Below, in pieces: positions 27,461 to 38,105 of a stretch of DNA of 46,742 bases. Below the pieces are notes generated by a model. It had not been told where the DNA came from. It saw only the letters and a program-made list of their open reading frames with translations, and did not search any database. A program made the translations under genes and the position numbers. The DNA is from an uncultured Bacilli bacterium (GTDB lineage: Bacteria; Bacillota_I; Bacilli_A; RF39; UBA660), in NCBI GenBank assembly GCA_947631205.1, contig CANRKL010000002.1, positions 1-46,742 on the forward strand, read 5' to 3'. Position 1 is the first letter of the stretch, and every line of letters starts with the position of its first letter.

Positions 27461-28174
27461 ATGAATTTAGAATTAATAGAATGGACTGAAAAAGACTATT
27501 TAGAATTAGAAGAATATTTATTAAGTTATCAAAATCTTTCTTATGCTTTATTTACTCAAAAAATTACTCCAACTAAATATCCTATTATAGGAATAAATTT
27601 GCCATTACAAAGTAAGATAAGTGATAAAATAAGTAAAGGGTATTCTACTAAATTTATTGATAATTTAAAAATAAAATACTTGGAAGAATTAAATATAAAA
27701 GGATTTGTTTTAACTAAATTAGAAGAAAAAGAGTTAGATAAAAGATTAGATAAGTATGTTTATCAAATAGATAATTGGTCAACTTGTGATTCTTTTTGTG
27801 CAAGATTAAAAATAGTTAAACAAAATCAAGAAAAATATTTACTTAAAATAAAAAAATATCTTAAAAGTGAAGAAGAATTTGTGATAAGAGTAGGTTTAGT
27901 ATTATTATTAAATTACTATGTTGAAGAAAAATATATTAAAGAAATATTATTAGAAGTAAGTAAAATAAAAAGTGATAAATATTATGTTAATATGGCAATG
28001 GCTTGGTTAGTTGCAGAATGTTATATTAAAGAAAAAAATTTGGTGTTACCATTTATTCAAAATAATTCTTTAAATACTTTTACTAGAAAGAAAATTATTA
28101 GTAAACTTTGTGATTCATACCGTATTAGTGACTATGAAAAAGTAATGTTAAAAAATTTATATAGAGACAAATAG
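27461..28174 (+). CDS. DNA alkylation repair (AlkD-like HEAT-repeat) family protein
   Basis: 237 aa, helical-repeat character. The IDNWSTCDSFC motif resembles the D-x-W-x-x-x-D core of the DNA_alkylation family. Confidence 0.55.
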   Translation: MNLELIEWTEKDYLELEEYLLSYQNLSYALFTQKITPTKYPIIGINLPLQSKISDKISKGYSTKFIDNLKIKYLEELNIKGFVLTKLEEKELDKRLDKYVYQIDNWSTCDSFCARLKIVKQNQEKYLLKIKKYLKSEEEFVIRVGLVLLLNYYVEEKYIKEILLEVSKIKSDKYYVNMAMAWLVAECYIKEKNLVLPFIQNNSLNTFTRKKIISKLCDSYRISDYEKVMLKNLYRDK

Positions 28175-28210
28175 TTGTAATTTAAATCTCTTTACAATTA
28201 GAGAAAAGAT

Positions 28211-30024
<1,814 letters not shown>

Positions 30025-30028
<4 letters not shown>

Positions 30029-30270
30029 AAAAAGAAGAAATATATGAAAGATTAAATAATGTATTTAGAGATATTTTTGATGATGAAAGTATTGTTGTAA
30101 ATGAAAATACTACAGCTAATGATATTGAAGATTGGGATTCTTTAGAACATATTAATTTAATAGTTGCAGTAGAGCAAGAATTTGGTATGAAGTTTAATAT
30201 GAATGAAGTTACTTCAATGAAAAATGTTGGAGAAATGGCATCTATTATTTTAGAAAGAGCTACAAAATAA
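30025..30270 (+). CDS. acyl/peptidyl carrier protein (DltC-like size)
   Basis: 81 aa. Phosphopantetheine attachment context EDWDSLEHINL (DSL). ATGA overlap with the upstream gene. Confidence 0.8.
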
Positions 30271-30299
30271 ATTTAAATTAAGTAGTGGGTGATAAAGTA

Positions 30300-31829
30300 A
30301 TGGGTTTGATTTCTATAAATTTTTTGCTTTTAGCAGTTATAACAATAGTTTTATATTTTATAATTCCTAAAAAGGTAAGTTGGGTAGTTCTTTTAGTTGC
30401 TAGTTTAATTTTTCTTTTTTATGATAATTTTAATATTAAAAGAGTTTTAGAAGCTTTAATAGTTTTTGGAACGTCTTATTCTTGTGGAATATTAATAGAT
30501 AAATATCATGATAGTAAAAAAGCTAAAGTATTTTTAGTTTTGGGGATTGCTATTATAATTGGTTTATTATCTTATTTGAAATATAGCAATTTATTTATTA
30601 ATACAGTAAATCATATGTTAAGTATAATTAATTTACCTTATAGTTTTAAATTAGTTAAGCATAGTTCTTTAATTGGTCTTAGTTATTATTCTCTTATTAT
30701 GATAAGTTATTTAGTAGATATTTATAGAGGAACTAATAAAAGTGAGAAAAATCCTTTTAAATTAGCTTTATTTATGAGTTATTTTCCTATTTTAACATCA
30801 GGTCCTTTTATTAAATATAATGAAATGAAAGAACACTTATATAATGGGCATAAGTTTGATTATGATAGAATGTGTAGAGGTTTACTTAGAATTGCTTGGG
30901 GATTATTTAAAATATTAGTTATATCTTTAAGAATAGGTATTTTTGTTGATAAAGTTTATGGGGATATAAATACTTTTAATGGGGTATATATAATTATTGC
31001 TATGCTGTTATATACAACTCAATTATATACTAATTTTTCTGGTTCAATTGATATTATTATGGGTGTTTCAGAAATTATGGGAATACCTTTACCAGAAAAT
31101 TTTACAGCGCCATTTTTTTCTAGGACGATTACGGAATTATGGCGTAATTGGCATATAACACTTGGTGGTTGGTTAAGAGATTATATATTTTATCCTTTAT
31201 TAAAATCTAATGTAATGCAAAAGTTAAATAAAGTTTGTAAAGAAAAATTTGGTAAAAAGATTGGTAAAAAAATACCTTTGTATTTATCAATGTTAATTAT
31301 GTGGATATTAATAGGAATATGGCACAGTGGAGCTTATTCAATGATTATTGGTTCAGGATTATTACAATTTGTATATATGTTTTTTGAAGATAATCTAAGT
31401 CCTCTTGCTAAGAAAGTAAATAAAAAATTAAAGATTGATAGTGATAGTAAATCTTATCATATATATCAGACTATTAGGACTTATGTGTTATTTAGTTTTT
31501 CAATGATATTTTTTAGAGCTTTAAGTGTTAAAAGAGCTTTAAAAACTATTAAAAATATTTTTGTATGGAATCCTTGGGTATTATTTGACAATAAATCTAT
31601 TTATGAAGCTGGACTTGATATACTTGATTTTCGAGTATTAATTATTGCTTTAATTGTATTATTTGTTGTAGAGAAAATATCACGTAAGGAAGATGTTAGA
31701 GATAAATTATTTAAATGTAATATATTTTTACGTTGGACTCTTTTATATGCTTTGATATTTGCAATTATTATCTTTGGATGTTATGGGGTAGGATATGACC
31801 CAGCTAAGTTTATCTATCAACAATTTTAG
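30300..31829 (+). CDS. MBOAT-family membrane O-acyltransferase (DltB/AlgI-like)
   Basis: Polytopic membrane protein. Signature WRNWHITLGGWLRDYIFYPL with the conserved His, and a later GIWHSG. ATG 30300 is preferred over GTG 30285. Confidence 0.85.
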   Translation: MGLISINFLLLAVITIVLYFIIPKKVSWVVLLVASLIFLFYDNFNIKRVLEALIVFGTSYSCGILIDKYHDSKKAKVFLVLGIAIIIGLLSYLKYSNLFINTVNHMLSIINLPYSFKLVKHSSLIGLSYYSLIMISYLVDIYRGTNKSEKNPFKLALFMSYFPILTSGPFIKYNEMKEHLYNGHKFDYDRMCRGLLRIAWGLFKILVISLRIGIFVDKVYGDINTFNGVYIIIAMLLYTTQLYTNFSGSIDIIMGVSEIMGIPLPENFTAPFFSRTITELWRNWHITLGGWLRDYIFYPLLKSNVMQKLNKVCKEKFGKKIGKKIPLYLSMLIMWILIGIWHSGAYSMIIGSGLLQFVYMFFEDNLSPLAKKVNKKLKIDSDSKSYHIYQTIRTYVLFSFSMIFFRALSVKRALKTIKNIFVWNPWVLFDNKSIYEAGLDILDFRVLIIALIVLFVVEKISRKEDVRDKLFKCNIFLRWTLLYALIFAIIIFGCYGVGYDPAKFIYQQF

Positions 31830-31842
31830 GAGGGGGGGTATT

Positions 31843-32784
31843 GTGAAAAAATTATTAAGATGTTTTATCTTTTTAACAATTTTTATGGTTTTGTTTGTTA
31901 ATGTTTTTAAAGTTTTATGGATGGATAATTCACCTTTATCTCATTTTTATAGGGAACCTAAAAATTCTATAGATATTGCTTATATTGGAGCAAGTAATGT
32001 TTATGTTCATTTTAATAGTACTTTAGCATTTCAATTATATGGATTTTCTACTGGTCTTTTATCTGGGGGTTCTCAACCTTTTTTAGGAGTTAAATATTTA
32101 TTAAAAGACGCTAAGAAATTACAAAATCCTAAATTATATATTATAGATTTAGCGAAATCTGGTTCATCAAGTTTTTCAGAAAGTGGGTTTAGAGGAATAA
32201 CTGATTCGATGCCTTTTTCAAAAAATAGAAGTGAATTAATAGATGAGGGACTAAAATATTTAGATGTAAAAAAAGAAGATTATTATACATATTACTTTAG
32301 TCATTTTATATATCATAATCGTTGGAAAGATTTAGGGAAAGCTAATTTTTCTTTAGAAGATAATTTTTATAAGGGATTCTTTTTAGGAAATTCATCAGTT
32401 ACTACTAAACATTTTTCTAGTAGATATATTTGGCCTTCTAAAAGTATCCCTATAGATGATAAAGCTAAAGAGATTTTATTTAGTTTAATTAATTATATCA
32501 AAGATAATAATTTAAATACATTATTTGTTATACCTATAAGATTTTATGGTAATGAAGAAGCCCAAAGAATAAATACTGTTGTATCTATTTTAGAAGAAAA
32601 TAATTTTGATGTTATTAATTTTAATAAGGTGAGTGGACTACATATTAATTTTGAAAATAATTTATATAATAATGACCACTTAAATATATATGGTTCTACT
32701 AAATATACTCTATATTTTGCTAAATATTTAAAAGAACATTATGATTTACCTGACCATCGTGATGATAAGAATTATGCTTCTTGA
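31843..32784 (+). CDS. membrane-anchored extracytoplasmic DltD/AlgJ-like protein, paralog 1 (ends at an in-frame TGA where paralog 2 has Trp)
   Basis: GTG start 9 nt after AGGAGG. One N-terminal TM helix. YIGASNV and NNDHLNIYGSTKYT blocks. Clear paralog of 32880-33914. The family assignment is an inference from context and motif flavour. Confidence 0.5.
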   Translation: MKKLLRCFIFLTIFMVLFVNVFKVLWMDNSPLSHFYREPKNSIDIAYIGASNVYVHFNSTLAFQLYGFSTGLLSGGSQPFLGVKYLLKDAKKLQNPKLYIIDLAKSGSSSFSESGFRGITDSMPFSKNRSELIDEGLKYLDVKKEDYYTYYFSHFIYHNRWKDLGKANFSLEDNFYKGFFLGNSSVTTKHFSSRYIWPSKSIPIDDKAKEILFSLINYIKDNNLNTLFVIPIRFYGNEEAQRINTVVSILEENNFDVINFNKVSGLHINFENNLYNNDHLNIYGSTKYTLYFAKYLKEHYDLPDHRDDKNYAS

Positions 32785-32879
32785 AATAAAGAATATGAAA
32801 GATTGAAAACAGATTTTAATAAGCTAACAAAGAAAAATTATGATGATATATTAAATGAATATTCGAGTTTATTTTAAGG

Positions 32880-33914
32880 GTGTTTAAATTGAAAAAATTA
32901 ATAAGAGCTGTTTTCTTTGTTGTTATTTTTATAATTTTGTTTAATGGGGTTTTTAAAGTTTTATGGTTAGATAAAAATTCAATTGGTTATTTTTATGATG
33001 AACCTAAGAATTCTTTAGATATTGTATATATAGGAGCTAGTAATGTTCATTATCATTTTAATTCTCTTTTAGCGTATAATTTGTATGGTTATACAACTGG
33101 TTTAATGTCTAGTGGTGGTCAAAGTTTTTTAGGGACCCTAAATTTAATAAAAGAGGCAGAGAGACTACAAAATCCAGAATTATATATTATAGATTTAACA
33201 AATGCTTATCATTTTAATTTTTATGAAGGTGATGTTAGGAAATTAATTGATTCTATACCTTTTTCTTCTAATCGGACAATGTTAGTTTCTAATATATTAC
33301 AGCATAGTGGAGTTAAAAAAGAAGATTATATTAATTATTATTTTAGTTATTTGGTATATCATAATCGTTGGAAAGATATAAGTAAAATAAATTTTGTGGG
33401 AGATAGTAAGATATATAAAGGGTTTTATTTGAATCCTTTATCAGTTAGTACAGAAAGTTTTTCATCTTCATTTCTGTGGGATAATTCTAAAGAAAAAATA
33501 AGTGATGATGTGAAGAGGGTTTTAGATGATTTAATTACCTATATTAAAGAGAATAATTTGAATGTTTTATTTGTTGTTCCTATTAGGTTTAATAGTGGAA
33601 TGATAAAACTTAATACTGTTATATCTTTATTAGAAGAAAATGATTTTTTAGTTATTAATTTTAATAAGGTAAAAGAATTAAATATTGATTATCAAAATGA
33701 TTTTTATAATAAAGAACATTTAAATGTTTATGGTTCTACTAAGTATACTTTGTATTTTGCTAAATATTTAAAAGAACATTATGATTTATTAGACCATAGG
33801 GATGATAAAAAATATGTTTCTTGGAATAAAGAATATGAAAGATTTAAGAATGATTTTAATCTACTTACTAAGAAAGATTATGATAGTCTTTTATTAGAAT
33901 ATCAAAATATTTAA
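32880..33914 (+). CDS. membrane-anchored extracytoplasmic DltD/AlgJ-like protein, paralog 2 (full length)
   Basis: 344 aa. Same architecture as paralog 1 (YIGASNVHYHFNS, NKEHLNVYGSTKYTLYFAKYLKEHYDL). The start may be TTG 32889 (MKKLIRAV), which parallels paralog 1. Confidence 0.5.
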   Translation: MFKLKKLIRAVFFVVIFIILFNGVFKVLWLDKNSIGYFYDEPKNSLDIVYIGASNVHYHFNSLLAYNLYGYTTGLMSSGGQSFLGTLNLIKEAERLQNPELYIIDLTNAYHFNFYEGDVRKLIDSIPFSSNRTMLVSNILQHSGVKKEDYINYYFSYLVYHNRWKDISKINFVGDSKIYKGFYLNPLSVSTESFSSSFLWDNSKEKISDDVKRVLDDLITYIKENNLNVLFVVPIRFNSGMIKLNTVISLLEENDFLVINFNKVKELNIDYQNDFYNKEHLNVYGSTKYTLYFAKYLKEHYDLLDHRDDKKYVSWNKEYERFKNDFNLLTKKDYDSLLLEYQNI

Positions 33915-33959
33915 TAGACAATTATTTTACTTGATGCTAAACTTTTATTAGGAGGTAGT

Positions 33960-34841
33960 ATGAAAGGTATAATTTTAGCTGGGGGAAGTGGTACTAGATT
34001 ATATCCAATTACGGAGGGTATTAGTAAGCAGTTAATGCCAATTTATGATAAGCCAATGATTTATTATCCTTTATGGACTTTAATGATGGCTGAGGTTAAA
34101 GATATTTTGATTATAACTACTAGAGAAGACCAAAAAAATTTTCAAAGATTACTTAAAAAGGGAGAAGATTTGGGAATTAATATAGAGTATCTTATTCAAG
34201 AGAAACCAGAGGGTTTAGCACAGAGTTTTATTATTGGAGAGAAGTTTATTGGAAATGATTCTTGTGTGATGATTTTAGGAGATAATATATTTTATGGGTC
34301 TAATTTTAAAGAATTATTAATTATGGCTAGAGATAATGCTATTAGAGGGTATGCTACGATATTTGGAAGTAAAGTAAGGGACCCTCAAAGATTTGGTATA
34401 ATGGAAGTAGATAAGAATGAAAATATTATAAGTGTTGAAGAAAAGCCAATTTATCCTAAATCAAATTACGCTATAACAGGGTTATATTTTTATCCAAGAG
34501 GGGTTTCAGAGAAAGCTTCTCAAATTACAAAATCTTTAAGAGGAGAATATGAAATTACTGCATTAAATAATCTTTATTTACAAGATAATCGATTAAAAGC
34601 CAAAGTTTTAGGGAATGATTTTACATGGTTTGATACAGGAACTTTTGATAGTCAATTAGAGGCTTCTAATATGATTAGAGCTTTAGAAAATAACAAAGAT
34701 AGAGTTATATGTTGTCCGGAAGAAATATCTTTTAGAAATGGCTGGATAAATGAAGAAAAAGTTTTAAAAAGAGCTAAGTTATTAGAAAAAAATAGTTATG
34801 GAAGATATTTAAGTAAGATGGTTATGGAGAGAGAAAAATGA
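33960..34841 (+). CDS. rfbA: glucose-1-phosphate thymidylyltransferase
   Basis: MKGIILAGGSGTRLYPIT, QEKPEGLAQSF, ILGDNIFYG and EKP..PKSNYAITGLYFY are textbook RmlA motifs. Confidence 0.93.
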   Translation: MKGIILAGGSGTRLYPITEGISKQLMPIYDKPMIYYPLWTLMMAEVKDILIITTREDQKNFQRLLKKGEDLGINIEYLIQEKPEGLAQSFIIGEKFIGNDSCVMILGDNIFYGSNFKELLIMARDNAIRGYATIFGSKVRDPQRFGIMEVDKNENIISVEEKPIYPKSNYAITGLYFYPRGVSEKASQITKSLRGEYEITALNNLYLQDNRLKAKVLGNDFTWFDTGTFDSQLEASNMIRALENNKDRVICCPEEISFRNGWINEEKVLKRAKLLEKNSYGRYLSKMVMEREK

Positions 34842-35749
34842 AGTATTTAGTTACGGGTGTGACAGGGCAATTAGGTTATGATGTTGTAAAAGAATTATTA
34901 AAAGAAGGCAGGGAAGTAATAGCAACAGGTAGGAAAGACAATACTACCCTATGTTCTTCTTATGTAAAATTAGATATTAATAATTATCAAGAAGTAAAAA
35001 AAGTTATTAAAGATATTAAGCCTGCTGTTGTTATTCATTGTGCAGCTTGGACTAATGTTGATGGGGCAGAAGATAATATAGAAGAAGTATTTAAGACTAA
35101 TTATGGGGGAACTAAAAATATTGCTTTAGGTTGTAAAGAGGTTGGAGCTAAAATGATTTATATTTCAACTGATTATGTTTTTAATGGAAAGGGTGTAAAA
35201 CCTTTTAGGGAAGATGATAAAAAAGAACCTTTAAATGTATATGGGCTTTCTAAATCAGTAAGTGAAGATTTGGTTATGAATTTATTAGATAAATACTATA
35301 TTGTGAGAATATCATGGGTATTTGGAATTAATGGTAAAAATTTTGTTAAAACAATGATTAGATTAGCTAATTCTCATGATAAAGTAAATGTTATAAGTGA
35401 CCAAGTAGGAAGACCTACATATACTAAAGATTTAGCTAAGTTATTAATAGAAATGTCTTTGAAAGATAAGTATGGTGTTTATCATGTTTCTAATGAAGGG
35501 GAATATATTTCTTGGTATCAGTTTACAAAAGAAATATATAAATTAATGGGAATAAATACTTTTGTAAATCCGGTTACTACAGAAGAATATGAGTTATCTA
35601 AAGCTCAAAGGCCTTTTAATAGTCGTTTAGATACATCTAAATTAGAAGAAAAGGGATTTAATAAATTACCTGATTGGAGATTAGCTTTAAAAGATTATTT
35701 GGAAGAATTAAAAAAGAGTGATTCTTTAATATTAAAAAGAAAAAGATAG
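34838..35749 (+). CDS. rfbD: dTDP-4-dehydrorhamnose reductase
   Basis: LVTGVTGQLG Rossmann motif, STDYVF, YGLSK (YxxxK), RISWVFG. ATGA overlap with rfbA. Confidence 0.88.
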   Translation: MKYLVTGVTGQLGYDVVKELLKEGREVIATGRKDNTTLCSSYVKLDINNYQEVKKVIKDIKPAVVIHCAAWTNVDGAEDNIEEVFKTNYGGTKNIALGCKEVGAKMIYISTDYVFNGKGVKPFREDDKKEPLNVYGLSKSVSEDLVMNLLDKYYIVRISWVFGINGKNFVKTMIRLANSHDKVNVISDQVGRPTYTKDLAKLLIEMSLKDKYGVYHVSNEGEYISWYQFTKEIYKLMGINTFVNPVTTEEYELSKAQRPFNSRLDTSKLEEKGFNKLPDWRLALKDYLEELKKSDSLILKRKR

Positions 35750-35981
35750 AATAAATTATAGCAAAGAAAAAACAGAGTCACTGTTAACAAAGAATATGAA
35801 AAAAATAGAATATATTTATATTGAAGCAGCTTACCTAATTGAATATGTCTATTTAAAGCTTTTTAAAGAAATAGAAAATTTTAGTCTTTATTGTAGCTTT
35901 AAAAATATATTAGATAAAATTGTTATTAGTATGATATAATTAAGTAAGTGATAAATATGTCGCTTATTTTTTAAGGAAAAG

Positions 35982-36854
35982 GTGATTAATTTGGCAAATA
36001 AAAATAATATAAAAAATGTAAGCAATAAAAAATTAAGCAAAAGAAAATTACATTTTAAAAAATGGATATGGTTAATTTTAGCTATAATTTGTTTTGGTTT
36101 TGTTGTTTATTCTTTTATTAAAATCTTTTCTTGGAATTTAGATAATAAAGCTATTGAAGCTCAAACTGATGAAATAGAAGAGATAACGAAAGTTGAAGAA
36201 GTTCCACCAAGTGAAGAAGATGTTGTTGTAAATCCTCCAGAAGATACTCATACAGGACCATATTGGGAATATATTAATTTACCTTTAATAAGTGTAGATT
36301 TTAATGAATTAATTCAAAAAAATAGTGATACCGTAGCTTTTTTACGAGTTAATAATACTAACATTAATTATCCCGTTGTGCAAACTTCAGATAATGATTT
36401 TTACTTAACTCATGCTTATGATAAAAGTAGTAATGATGCTGGTTGGGTATTTATGGATTATCGAAATAATTTAACTGATTTAGATGATAATACTATCATT
36501 TATGCTCATAGTCGTCTTGATAAATCAATGTTTGGAACTTTGAAAAACATTTTTAAAAATGATTGGTATAATAATACTGATAATAGGGTTGTTTATTTAT
36601 CAACACCAACAGAAAATACTTTATGGCAAGTTTTTTCTGTATATACGATTCCGACAGAAACTTATTATTTAACTTCTAATTTTAAATCAGAAGAAGAATT
36701 TCAAAAATTTATTGATACAATGTTAGATAGAAGTAGATATAATTTTAATGCTGATGTAAATACAAAAGATAAAATTTTAACATTATCAACTTGCTATGAT
36801 GACTATAATAAAACAGTTTTACATGCCAAACTTATAAAGAGTCAAAAACGTTAG
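35982..36854 (+). CDS. srtB: class B sortase
   Basis: N-terminal TM anchor. VAFLRVNNTNINYPVVQ, IIYAHS (catalytic His region), TLSTCY (TLxTC catalytic Cys), and a late LHAKL Arg/Lys region. Confidence 0.85.
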   Translation: MINLANKNNIKNVSNKKLSKRKLHFKKWIWLILAIICFGFVVYSFIKIFSWNLDNKAIEAQTDEIEEITKVEEVPPSEEDVVVNPPEDTHTGPYWEYINLPLISVDFNELIQKNSDTVAFLRVNNTNINYPVVQTSDNDFYLTHAYDKSSNDAGWVFMDYRNNLTDLDDNTIIYAHSRLDKSMFGTLKNIFKNDWYNNTDNRVVYLSTPTENTLWQVFSVYTIPTETYYLTSNFKSEEEFQKFIDTMLDRSRYNFNADVNTKDKILTLSTCYDDYNKTVLHAKLIKSQKR

Positions 36855-36864
36855 GAGACCAACT

Positions 36865-37791
36865 ATGAAAAAATTTTTAAGAATTTTTGCAAGTATAATA
36901 TTAAGTTTAAGTTTATTTGTTCTTTTATTTTTCTTAACACTTACATTTGTCTTACGTATTTCTTTAAATCCTAAAACTATTTCTCAAGTTGTTTTAGATA
37001 CGGATTTAAGTAGTATTTATAATAATATGGATATTGCTAATCAAGAGGTTACTAAAAATATTTATGATGCCTTAAATGCCATAGGTATTCCTAAAACAAC
37101 AATTGATGAAGTAATTAACTCTTCAGGTACTAAGAATTTTGTTGCTAAATATTTAACAGATACTGTTAGTTATTTAATACTAGGAAAAGATGAAAGTCCT
37201 ATAAGTGAAGATGATTTAATCCATCTTTTTGAGGATAACTATGAAATTATAAGTGAATCACTTGTTAAAAATAATGTTACTTTATTAGATGAATATAAAG
37301 ATGTTATGAATTCTTATGTTGTAAATAATGCTGATACTTTAATCTCTTTTTTTCCAACTCCTAAAGAACTTTTAGGAAAGATTAAAAAAGAAGATATAAT
37401 GATTATTAATAATATATCTTTAGAAGATATAACAAATACTTTAGCTTTTTTAATCAGTAATAAATTTTTAATATTTTTAATAGTTATGTTAATTGGAGTA
37501 ATGTTTCTTTTATATTTATTAAATCATCGTAAATCATATCAATATCGTTATTATGCTGTAACATTTACAACTTATGCTTTTTTACTAACGGGAGTTCTTA
37601 TCTTTTTATTAACGGTATTTAAGAGTGAATTTATTGATAAATTACCTAACTTAATTGAACTTGCTAATTACTTAGTTAATACATTAAGTAAAATAATTAG
37701 TATTGAAATAGTTTTAGTTATTATAATGGCTATAATATTTTCAAGTATTTATCACAAAAAGAAAAGAGGTTTCTCATGCGTGATTATTTAA
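36865..37791 (+). CDS. hypothetical membrane protein
   Basis: 308 aa. N-terminal TM helix, a ~170-aa extracytoplasmic-looking middle, and three C-terminal TM helices. No family recognised. Confidence 0.5.
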   Translation: MKKFLRIFASIILSLSLFVLLFFLTLTFVLRISLNPKTISQVVLDTDLSSIYNNMDIANQEVTKNIYDALNAIGIPKTTIDEVINSSGTKNFVAKYLTDTVSYLILGKDESPISEDDLIHLFEDNYEIISESLVKNNVTLLDEYKDVMNSYVVNNADTLISFFPTPKELLGKIKKEDIMIINNISLEDITNTLAFLISNKFLIFLIVMLIGVMFLLYLLNHRKSYQYRYYAVTFTTYAFLLTGVLIFLLTVFKSEFIDKLPNLIELANYLVNTLSKIISIEIVLVIIMAIIFSSIYHKKKRGFSCVII

Positions 37792-38105
37792 AGGCTTATA
37801 TTAAAGAGATAGAAGCTAATTTAAAAAAAGAAAAAGAATTTAGTAAAGATGATTTAGAAAAATTTAAAACTAAAATAATGTTTTTTCAACATGAAAGACT
37901 TATTCATTTATTAGTAACATTATTTTATAGTTTATTTGCCCTTATATTTATGATTTTAGGAATAATATCTTTATATTTTTTAATTATTTTTGGGATTCTT
38001 CTTCTTTTTGTGTTATTCTATATTAGACATTATTTCTTTTTAGAAAAAAATGTTCAATATTTATATCATTTATATGATACAATGATAGAGAAAGTGGTGA
38101 GATAA
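37776..38105 (+). CDS. hypothetical small membrane protein
   Basis: 109 aa. Charged N-terminus and two TM helices. Overlaps the upstream gene by 16 nt and shares one nt with the tyrS start (TAATG). Confidence 0.45.
   Translation: MRDYLKAYIKEIEANLKKEKEFSKDDLEKFKTKIMFFQHERLIHLLVTLFYSLFALIFMILGIISLYFLIIFGILLLFVLFYIRHYFFLEKNVQYLYHLYDTMIEKVVR

Noticed and set aside
32782-32784. Reading the in-frame TGA as Trp, i.e. genetic code 4 as in Mollicutes.
   Set aside because: TGA is used as a genuine stop elsewhere, for example at addB (5064-5066) and recG (21805-21807). Trp is TGG throughout, and standard-code ORFs have full-length, correctly ending products. A nonsense mutation, sequencing error or read-through is more parsimonious.
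35796-35939. A 47-aa ORF (MKKIEYIYIEAAYLIEYVYLKLFKEIENFSLYCSFKNILDKIVISMI) in the rfbD-srtB intergenic region.
   Set aside because: It has no SD, a composition indistinguishable from random AT-rich DNA, and no recognisable motif. It could be a real small protein, but the sequence gives no support.
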